Made by a program: the position numbers and the translations under genes | The notes under the pieces: generated by a model | The model's input: the letters and a program-made list of their open reading frames with translations, nothing else | What the model was told of the DNA's origin: nothing | The model's database searches: none | From: a virus | Taxonomy: Duplodnaviria; Caudoviricetes | IMG/VR virus record: IMGVR_UViG_3300048026_001019 | Span: 1 to 52,640 of that record | DNA length: 52,640 nt | Direction: 5' to 3' (one strand) | Shown: positions 46,029 through 52,640 of the stretch, piece by piece | How positions within the stretch are numbered: the stretch's first letter is position 1 | How the letters are laid out: the number at the start of each line of letters is the position of its first letter

Positions 46029-46670
46029 TTACGGTTTAACGAGCATTTCGAACCCGTCTCCGCTGGCAAGTAGACATGCGTAACCGTTTGGAAAAACACC
46101 TAACATTGCATAATTCTTATTCAAAGGGTTTACCATCATTAACATTTCTGGCTTTGCAAATTCAAATGTTTGTCCGTGACGCACTACTGCATTTCCTTGT
46201 GCAAAAGGATAAAGCTGAAAATCATTCTGCATATTTTCAAGCCACGTTCCTAGTTCATGACAAGGTATCACTACAGGATAAATTACAGGGTTACTCATTC
46301 CTGGAACACTAGGATCGGCTTCTTCCTCTTCTGAAACTTTAAACGCACAACTAGATGTCGCAAAGTCATTGACGTTGTCCTGCCAATGCAACTCTCTACC
46401 GTTTGCTTTTATATTTGGACATTGTTTCTTTTTAGATTTACCTTCTTCTTTTACTACTTTAAAGCATTCTTCTGCACCAATACCTTTTAAGCATAGCTCA
46501 TATGGCATTGCGAGAATATCACAACGACAAGGAACCTTTTCTCCTTTGGGCCAAGGCATTTCCAATGGATCTTCATGGGCTTGTGCAACAAAAGAAAATG
46601 ATAGTGAGGAATAAAAGATAGTAAGTAAAGTAATTAGTACTCTATTTGACAGTCGCATTTTATTTTCCAA
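46029..46670 (-). CDS. Secreted Cys-rich hypothetical protein
   Basis: Signal peptide ending AQA; several Cys. Confidence 0.65.
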   Translation of the reverse strand: MENKMRLSNRVLITLLTIFYSSLSFSFVAQAHEDPLEMPWPKGEKVPCRCDILAMPYELCLKGIGAEECFKVVKEEGKSKKKQCPNIKANGRELHWQDNVNDFATSSCAFKVSEEEEADPSVPGMSNPVIYPVVIPCHELGTWLENMQNDFQLYPFAQGNAVVRHGQTFEFAKPEMLMMVNPLNKNYAMLGVFPNGYACLLASGDGFEMLVKP

Positions 46671-46671
46671 T

Positions 46672-47199
46672 CTAGAAATATTGTGCAGTGGTCTCTGATG
46701 CTACTAGGTTTAGAGCTCTTCTCCACTGCTTTAATCCCGTACTATTAAATAGCATAGCATCATTCGGTGTAGCTGTCAACCATTGTTTTTGTTTTTTTAT
46801 TTCGTGATTTAATTGTCCTGGTGCCCAACTGCATATACCTGTTAGGAATCTAAATGCATTTGGTTTGTTGTCCATTGCTATTTTTTCGATCATAAGCTCG
46901 TCACTACTTACTGCAAACCCTCCAGGTAGATACATAGTGTTAGTAGAGCTAAAGTCATCTGTATGAATCATTACAAGAGCAGAAGTATTAAGAGGTCCTC
47001 CTTGATATAGAACATCAGCACTAGGCCATTCAATTCCTCTATCTCTCATTATTTTGTTTAGATCAATTTGACAAGGTTTGTTTACTATAAATCCAACAGT
47101 ACCACTATCATGGTGTTCGGTTAGAATTATAACACTCTTTCCAAATAATCCGCTTTCAAGTTTAGGGTGTGCTACGAGTATTTTGCCGGGAGCTAACAT
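46672..47199 (-). CDS. YqgE/AlgH (UPF0301) family protein
   Basis: LVAHP, F.KSVI...EH...G..G..VNKP, GGP, G...WAPGQL..E. Confidence 0.88.
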   Translation of the reverse strand: MLAPGKILVAHPKLESGLFGKSVIILTEHHDSGTVGFIVNKPCQIDLNKIMRDRGIEWPSADVLYQGGPLNTSALVMIHTDDFSSTNTMYLPGGFAVSSDELMIEKIAMDNKPNAFRFLTGICSWAPGQLNHEIKKQKQWLTATPNDAMLFNSTGLKQWRRALNLVASETTAQYF

Positions 47200-47201
47200 A
47201 A

Positions 47202-47453
47202 TCAGCCCGTTGCAGTCGGACTAATTGGTCCACCATAATCTTTGGACTTTAGTTTTTTGCCCCCGAGTTTTACACGTTTTTTACCTACTTTTTGAGTCTT
47301 GCCTGTCTGTCTTGCACGATAGCCTTGTGCTTTGCAAGATGCAAGGGCACTTGCTCCAATAGCATGATCTGGCTTGGAACTTTTACATAGACTACGTGTT
47401 GCAGCCCACTCTTCAATATCCGCTTCTAGCTGTAATAAGTCTTGTACTCGCAT
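47202..47453 (-). CDS. Small basic hypothetical protein
   Basis: Late promoter motif directly upstream. Confidence 0.65.
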   Translation of the reverse strand: MRVQDLLQLEADIEEWAATRSLCKSSKPDHAIGASALASCKAQGYRARQTGKTQKVGKKRVKLGGKKLKSKDYGGPISPTATG

Positions 47454-47461
47454 ACAGTTAT

Positions 47462-47677
47462 TTAGCGGTATTTGTCAGCAGGAGTCTCGTAATGATTATT
47501 CTGTTGCTCACACAATTTAAACGTAAGAGCACTCCTTGGACCTTTGGTGGTATTTAATGATACCTGGCCTGACTTTTCGTGAAATTCTATCTTGGTAATC
47601 TTTGCTGGTGAATCGTTTTGTCCCACAAGAATTGTTTGCCCAACTTCGAGGTTAAGCGATATGTTTCGTAATGTCAT
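47462..47677 (-). CDS. Hypothetical protein
   Basis: AAGGAG RBS. Confidence 0.65.
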   Translation of the reverse strand: MTLRNISLNLEVGQTILVGQNDSPAKITKIEFHEKSGQVSLNTTKGPRSALTFKLCEQQNNHYETPADKYR

Positions 47678-47761
47678 TGGAGTTCTCCTTTTGTGTACGA
47701 AGTGTACTCAGATATTTATCCTTGTTTTTTTCCAAAGATAAGTATGTATATAGGAGGAACA

Positions 47762-48058
47762 ATGAAGATTGAAGATATACCTGCAGGTGAAAGTTGGGCC
47801 TGTCGCTTTAAAGTAACAACATTTGTAGACAAAGATTCTGGTCTTGCTGTACAAGATAAAAATGTACAACCAGGACAAGCACATAAAGGTGTTCCAGGAG
47901 ATTACGAAAGTATTGGTTTGATTGAAGTGCGAGATATCGAGAATCGTCTTGTTCAACTTCTAGATACCGTAACAGATATTACATTCAAAGTAAATTTTGA
48001 TGATTGCTGGGACGTAGATAAAGTTGAATGGATTAATGAACCGACCGAATTGGCATAG
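47762..48058 (+). CDS. Hypothetical protein
   Basis: AGGAGG RBS before ATG 47762. Confidence 0.65.
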   Translation: MKIEDIPAGESWACRFKVTTFVDKDSGLAVQDKNVQPGQAHKGVPGDYESIGLIEVRDIENRLVQLLDTVTDITFKVNFDDCWDVDKVEWINEPTELA

Positions 48059-48620
48059 AATAAACTTAGATGTAACAGATGCTCTAAAGATTAATCTAAA
48101 AGATTATATCCTCAGCGACCCATACCGCGAAGGCGAACATGCACTTTATATAGAAGGAAAAGCAGGCGTATGGACATTAAATCCTGATACTATATTTAAA
48201 CAGGACTTTCTTAATGATCTAGGTATAAAAGTAGATCTAGCACAAATATTTTACAGAGCTCCACATTATCAACATCCAGGGGCCCATGTTGATCTTGGAC
48301 AAACAGGAGAACTGTATGGTGCAGGGTTAAATTGGACAGTTGATCCGGATGATGCTGAGATGACTTGGTATGAAATGCCTAATGTAGAAGGTACAAATAC
48401 CAAAAGAAGTGAAACAGATCAAAACATGGAATGGCCACTAGAACAATTGACAGAAATAGATAGGTTGTGCATAGGGCAAACTCCTACACTTGTACGCACA
48501 GATGTTCCTCATACTGTAGATATGGGTAGTAATGAACGTTGGTTGATTAGTGCAAGATTTTTATGGCACTGGTCATGGGACGACTATACTAAAACATTAA
48601 AAGATAGGATTGTACAATGA
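48036..48620 (+). CDS. Cupin-fold / 2OG-Fe(II) dioxygenase-like protein, paralog 1
   Basis: YQHPGAHVD, LNW, LVRTDVPHTV, RWLISAR. Confidence 0.7.
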   Translation: MNRPNWHRINLDVTDALKINLKDYILSDPYREGEHALYIEGKAGVWTLNPDTIFKQDFLNDLGIKVDLAQIFYRAPHYQHPGAHVDLGQTGELYGAGLNWTVDPDDAEMTWYEMPNVEGTNTKRSETDQNMEWPLEQLTEIDRLCIGQTPTLVRTDVPHTVDMGSNERWLISARFLWHWSWDDYTKTLKDRIVQ

Positions 48621-49378
48621 AAAACTGGGTAAGACTTGATATCGATACCAAAGATGCAATTAATATTGATGTTAAGAAGCACTGCTTTGACAACACAGAT
48701 AGAGCTGACGTATTCATAGAAGGACACGGGGGTATTTGGACTTTTGGTAAAGATGAAATATTCAGCCAAACATGGGTAGACTATGTAAAAGAAACATGCC
48801 CATTTTTAGACGTGACTGGCGCACTTATATTTTGGAGAGCTCCAGGTTATCAACACGCTGGCGCACATATAGACGTAGCCCCTAACAATAGCCCTAGTAG
48901 GGTAGAGGGTGTAGAATATGAAAACGGATTTCATGCAACTAATTCTAGCGATAGCATGGATGTCAACGACTTTTACCCTGTAGTTAGTAGCTACAACTGG
49001 ATACTAGATGAAGGCGATGATAGTGCTATGACATGGCACGAGCCTCTAGACACTGCAAAAATAGAACTAAAGAAATTTACTGACGCTGTACACTATGATG
49101 AAATACCTGTGAGCGAATGTAAAGAAATAGATAGATGCACAATAGGACACGACAAACTTGTAATGGTTAGAACAAATGTACTACACAACGTAGACATGGG
49201 CCAACAAGAGCGTTGGGCTATTAGTGCTAGATGTATTATGAATTGGGCTACATGGGATGAAGCTGTTGACAAACTACAACCATGGATCGTACAGCCTAAA
49301 GAATTTGGTGGACCAACTGGTGCTGAGCCTACACGCTTTGGCACATGGGAACACAAAGGTAGAGAGGTTGACTTTTAA
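48617..49378 (+). CDS. Dioxygenase-like paralog 2 with C-terminal DUF1674 (SDHAF4-like) motif
   Basis: YQHAGAHID, VRTNVLHNV, RWAISAR; tail PKEFGGPTGAEPTRFGTWEHKGREVDF. Confidence 0.75.
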   Translation: MKNWVRLDIDTKDAINIDVKKHCFDNTDRADVFIEGHGGIWTFGKDEIFSQTWVDYVKETCPFLDVTGALIFWRAPGYQHAGAHIDVAPNNSPSRVEGVEYENGFHATNSSDSMDVNDFYPVVSSYNWILDEGDDSAMTWHEPLDTAKIELKKFTDAVHYDEIPVSECKEIDRCTIGHDKLVMVRTNVLHNVDMGQQERWAISARCIMNWATWDEAVDKLQPWIVQPKEFGGPTGAEPTRFGTWEHKGREVDF

Positions 49379-49575
49379 TGTTTAGTAAACAGTGTAAGGC
49401 ACATTTAGAAGATGTAGGTGAAACCCGTTGGCAACACTTCAAGCATGCAATGTGGGTGTCATGGCAACTAGAAAAGGCAGCATATGCTGTAGCATTACAT
49501 GCGATTGCTCCTAGATGGTTTAAAACTTATGCAACTGACAAATGCAAAGAAGTATTAGAAAGTAGGAAAAAATGA
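49378..49575 (+). CDS. Small protein, DUF6356-like
   Basis: HLEDVGET.WQH..HA...HAIAP..F...A. Confidence 0.65.
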   Translation: MFSKQCKAHLEDVGETRWQHFKHAMWVSWQLEKAAYAVALHAIAPRWFKTYATDKCKEVLESRKK

Positions 49576-49790
49576 ATGTAACAGACTTAGTAGTATTAGT
49601 AGTTTCTCTATGGGGACAAACAGCAGAAGGAGAGTGGAAGTACATTGGTAATCAATATGTACAGCAACAACCAATGCCATTAACAGAATGTAGCGAACTA
49701 ATTGCCGCAAAGAATTGGAAAAAGTTTGAAAACAATCCTTATTACAAAATTCAACTAGCATGTTATTATGCCGGAGAGAAAAATGATTGA
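49572..49790 (+). CDS. Small protein with hydrophobic N-terminus and two Cys
   Basis: Coupled ORF. Confidence 0.6.
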   Translation: MNVTDLVVLVVSLWGQTAEGEWKYIGNQYVQQQPMPLTECSELIAAKNWKKFENNPYYKIQLACYYAGEKND

Positions 49791-49884
49791 TGTTATAATT
49801 GGCAATTTAATATTTTGGCCAATTTACTTTTGGGTATGCACAATACCCTACAAAATGTTTCAAGCAGCAATAGACAATGCGTAA
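49783..49884 (+). CDS. 33-aa hydrophobic peptide
   Basis: GGAG RBS; MIDVIIGNLIFWPIYFWVCTIPYKMFQAAIDNA*; overlaps both neighbours. Confidence 0.55.
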   Translation: MIDVIIGNLIFWPIYFWVCTIPYKMFQAAIDNA

Positions 49885-50521
49885 TTGGGTAGAAACAGAT
49901 CTAAGTGTTGAAAATGCATTTAGTGTAGACCCTCGAGAATATCTACGCAATCACCCTGAGTTTATACAAATAGCCACAGGCGGAGCAACTGTTTGGCAAT
50001 GCGATCATAAATTATTACTTACAAATGAGTTTACTGCATTACTTAACAACTATTTTGAATGTAACATTACCGGTGTACTTGTATTTCATAGGAAAGCAGG
50101 ATATCAACACCCTGGTGCTCATATAGATGTAGATCCACAAGAGGGATTAAATCTTCCTGTAACTTTAAGCTACAACTGGGTACTAGAGGAAGATAATAAT
50201 CCTATGGTGTGGTACAAGCCCTGGTGGGATCCTGAAAACATGGATCAAGCTAGCCAAGCGGCTAAAGGACAACTACCTTTCCCTGGGCTAGAATCTAGTA
50301 GCCCAGATGCAGGCTCAATGACTTATCAGGAAACACCTTGTGAACTACTAGAACGTGATAGCGAACACTGTCTTAGTCATAAAGTAGTTACTGTATGTAG
50401 AACTAACGTTCCGCACAATGTTGATATGATATCTGATAAAGATAGATGGTGTGTTACTGCCCGCAGTTGGGGCGATCAAGACCCTATGTGGTCACAAGTA
50501 TATAACAGTCTAGTTAATTGA
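49877..50521 (+). CDS. Dioxygenase-like paralog 3
   Basis: YQHPGAHID, YNW, RTNVPHNV, RWCVTAR. Confidence 0.7.
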   Translation: MRNWVETDLSVENAFSVDPREYLRNHPEFIQIATGGATVWQCDHKLLLTNEFTALLNNYFECNITGVLVFHRKAGYQHPGAHIDVDPQEGLNLPVTLSYNWVLEEDNNPMVWYKPWWDPENMDQASQAAKGQLPFPGLESSSPDAGSMTYQETPCELLERDSEHCLSHKVVTVCRTNVPHNVDMISDKDRWCVTARSWGDQDPMWSQVYNSLVN

Positions 50522-52129
50522 TGCCCACAGATCGCTAAGGCGTCTGTTATGAGTACACATTTCAAAATGCTTGTTCCTAGCTAGATCTAAAAAGCCTGGT
50601 CCTGCTCCGTTTTGTTTAAGTGCTTCAAGTGATTGAATTCCTTCAAGTTTACGTCTTATATAAGGTACAACTATTTCATTATGCTGTTGTCCATTATGAA
50701 TATTCCACATCATAGGACGTAGCTTTAATTCTAATAGTTCTTTGGTGCTTTTAACAAAAGGAAGATAGTTTAACAACTGAAAACTACTAACTAACTGTTC
50801 ATTCCTACAAAAGTCACCATCTTGCCATTCTTTTACAAATTTGCTTGCTTGTCCTATGTCAGCCCAATCAGCTTCCCAATATAAACTTTTGTTATCAAAC
50901 TTATGTTGGGTTCCTCCTGCTTCTCTATCATAGTAACTATGTATTTCTGCTAGACGTACAGGATCGGTTATTTCTCTATAACCATGCTGACGCCATTCTT
51001 TTGAAAAAACGCTAGTGGTTGCTGTATTGGTATCTAAGCTAATCTCTAGAGGCCACCAATCCCAATTTTGGTCTCCCCAATTTTCTCTAAGCCAATCTTC
51101 TGAACGTTGCCAACTGTCTGGAGTTTCATGTGGTAACCCTGCAATCATTCCACAACTGCCTCTGTATAACCCAAGCTCACCCATCATATGCTCACGCATA
51201 TCCATTAGACCTTGTTTGATACGCTTAGACGGCATACCTTTGGCTACTGCTTTACCTGCGTCATCGTTAAATGTTTCTACACCATAAAAATGATTCCATA
51301 CCCTAGCTCTACTGAGTAGTTTAAGCTGTTGTGGTTTCGCAATTGTTAGATCCATACGTATAAAGCAAGCAAAGTTTGGTTCAAAAGGTAGGCTCTGAAC
51401 AACATCTCCTAACATTTCTAGCTTGCTTTCCCTATCGTTTAGTGTATCATCAGCTAGTATATAATTAGTAGTGCCAAAGCGTTCATAGTTATCCATTAGC
51501 TCTGCACGTAATAGTTCTGCTTCAGTTGAAGTATCTTCTTTGACACCTAAAAATGCATAGTTACAGTATTTGCAACGAAACTTACACCCACGACTGAGTT
51601 CAACAGTTAGCATTTCATAGGGTTGAATATAGTCATCATCTCTATAGTCTATGCTGTAGTCACCTAGGTTCATAGCTTGATAGTCTGTGTTGCAGTCAAT
51701 AAACAGCCCACCTAGAATATCTTTGCCTTTGGGTTTAGGACCATTGTTGAACAGCCAGTTTACTGTGTCAGGAACTGCTTTTTCAGCATATCCAAACAAC
51801 ATAGCATCCATGCCTAAGTCAAGCTGAAAGAACTGCTGTCCGCCTGCGATATATTTACGTCCTGGGTAAGCCTCTTTGAGTTGTTCTACAAACTGTTTTG
51901 CCCACCATGGTTTCATCCATGTGTAGGATATAGCAAACAATACAGTGTCCTCACCTACAATAGCATCAAGATACCTTCGTAGATCAGCTTCTGGCCAGTC
52001 AGCTGCCCAATCAACCACAGTTGCCCTCCAGCCCATACTTTCTAGTTGATTAGCAAACCTATACGCACCTGAAGTTCTTCTTTTGATTTCTTGATTGCTG
52101 TTAAAAATTACACAGTGTTTTATATTCAT
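50510..52129 (-). CDS. Radical SAM protein with B12-binding-like N-terminal domain
   Basis: ELSRGCKFRCKYC, ADDTLND, GVET, IAGLPHET; start moved to 52129 below a TAAATA motif. Confidence 0.85.
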   Translation of the reverse strand: MNIKHCVIFNSNQEIKRRTSGAYRFANQLESMGWRATVVDWAADWPEADLRRYLDAIVGEDTVLFAISYTWMKPWWAKQFVEQLKEAYPGRKYIAGGQQFFQLDLGMDAMLFGYAEKAVPDTVNWLFNNGPKPKGKDILGGLFIDCNTDYQAMNLGDYSIDYRDDDYIQPYEMLTVELSRGCKFRCKYCNYAFLGVKEDTSTEAELLRAELMDNYERFGTTNYILADDTLNDRESKLEMLGDVVQSLPFEPNFACFIRMDLTIAKPQQLKLLSRARVWNHFYGVETFNDDAGKAVAKGMPSKRIKQGLMDMREHMMGELGLYRGSCGMIAGLPHETPDSWQRSEDWLRENWGDQNWDWWPLEISLDTNTATTSVFSKEWRQHGYREITDPVRLAEIHSYYDREAGGTQHKFDNKSLYWEADWADIGQASKFVKEWQDGDFCRNEQLVSSFQLLNYLPFVKSTKELLELKLRPMMWNIHNGQQHNEIVVPYIRRKLEGIQSLEALKQNGAGPGFLDLARNKHFEMCTHNRRLSDLWASIN

Positions 52130-52182
52130 TATGCAATATTTATCGTCGATAAATACTATACAACCAGCAAAGAGGTATTTTA

Positions 52183-52497
52183 ATGAGCGATGATACAACC
52201 ACAGTAGACGAAGTAGATATTCAACAAGTAGTAGAAGCATTACTAAACATCTGTGGGCAGGCCGCAGAAATGCAACTAGACGAAGAAGCTAGAACTGCTA
52301 TATACGACATGTGTGATGCTGTAGCGGCATTCCATGATATTCCACGTTTTGATGCTGTTATTGAACAAGACGAAGAAGGCAACAGTCGAGTCAGCTATTA
52401 TGGCTCAGAGGTAGTAGCAAACATGGAAGACAAACCCAAAACCTCACTCAAACTAGTGGTCAACAACGGTGATGATGATCCAGAAACCATACACTAA
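52183..52497 (+). CDS. Acidic hypothetical protein
   Basis: GAGG RBS; C-terminal LKLV motif. Confidence 0.65.
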   Translation: MSDDTTTVDEVDIQQVVEALLNICGQAAEMQLDEEARTAIYDMCDAVAAFHDIPRFDAVIEQDEEGNSRVSYYGSEVVANMEDKPKTSLKLVVNNGDDDPETIH

Positions 52498-52542
52498 ATA
52501 CCTCTTGGGGCTATAAATATTCACAGCTAGAGAGGTATCACA

Positions 52543-52640
52543 ATGACAGACCAAACAGACGACATAGAAGCTGTATATGCAGCTGTACAAGGATTCAGCA
52601 ATGGACTTATGGGCAAAATGAGCATTGATCCGTTGGTTGT
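52543..52640 (+). CDS. Hypothetical protein, partial
   Basis: TATAAATA, GAGG RBS, MTDQTDDIEAVY; runs off the window. Confidence 0.55.
   Translation, partial: MTDQTDDIEAVYAAVQGFSNGLMGKMSIDPLV

Noticed and set aside
706-51287. Many opposite-strand or nested ORFs in the six-frame track (e.g. 1265-1639, 23481-24083, 27164-27586, 33633-34067, 38801-39274)
   Set aside because: They are shadows of well-supported genes, with no RBS or recognisable motifs
1-52640. Alternative genetic code (stop-codon reassignment)
   Set aside because: Conserved genes are full length under code 11, and TAA, TAG and TGA all end genes at the expected positions

Overview
AT-rich, gene-dense, mostly minus-strand segment of a large lytic dsDNA phage (T4-like/jumbo myovirus style: recurrent TAAATA late-promoter motifs, sigma70-type early promoters, virion and head-associated genes, nrdAB). 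An alphaproteobacterial host is inferred from a circularly permuted two-piece tmRNA, 5-aminolevulinate synthase (hemA), a ROSE-type thermometer, and DUF1127 and DUF1674 sequences. The window carries many host-like genes: clpS, ibpA, guaC, rpsU, cytochrome c, iscU, NfuA-like, MlaC-like, prs, alternative oxidase, VUT transporter, hemA, a partial heme oxygenase, and a compact aldolase-gap-pckA cassette. The most striking locus is 40307-41413. A class IIb aminoacyl-tRNA-synthetase-like catalytic core with no anticodon-binding domain is followed, after a 6-nt spacer, by a 100-nt tRNA with an Asn anticodon, a Leu-like body and a long variable arm. Next come a glnA-type glutamine riboswitch and a 28-aa ORF. 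Other features missed by the ORF track include a candidate -1 frameshift, a polyproline micropeptide, a chain of translationally coupled micro-ORFs leading into AOX, and a dioxygenase fused to an SDH-assembly-factor (DUF1674) motif. All family calls come from motif recognition by eye; no database searches were run.
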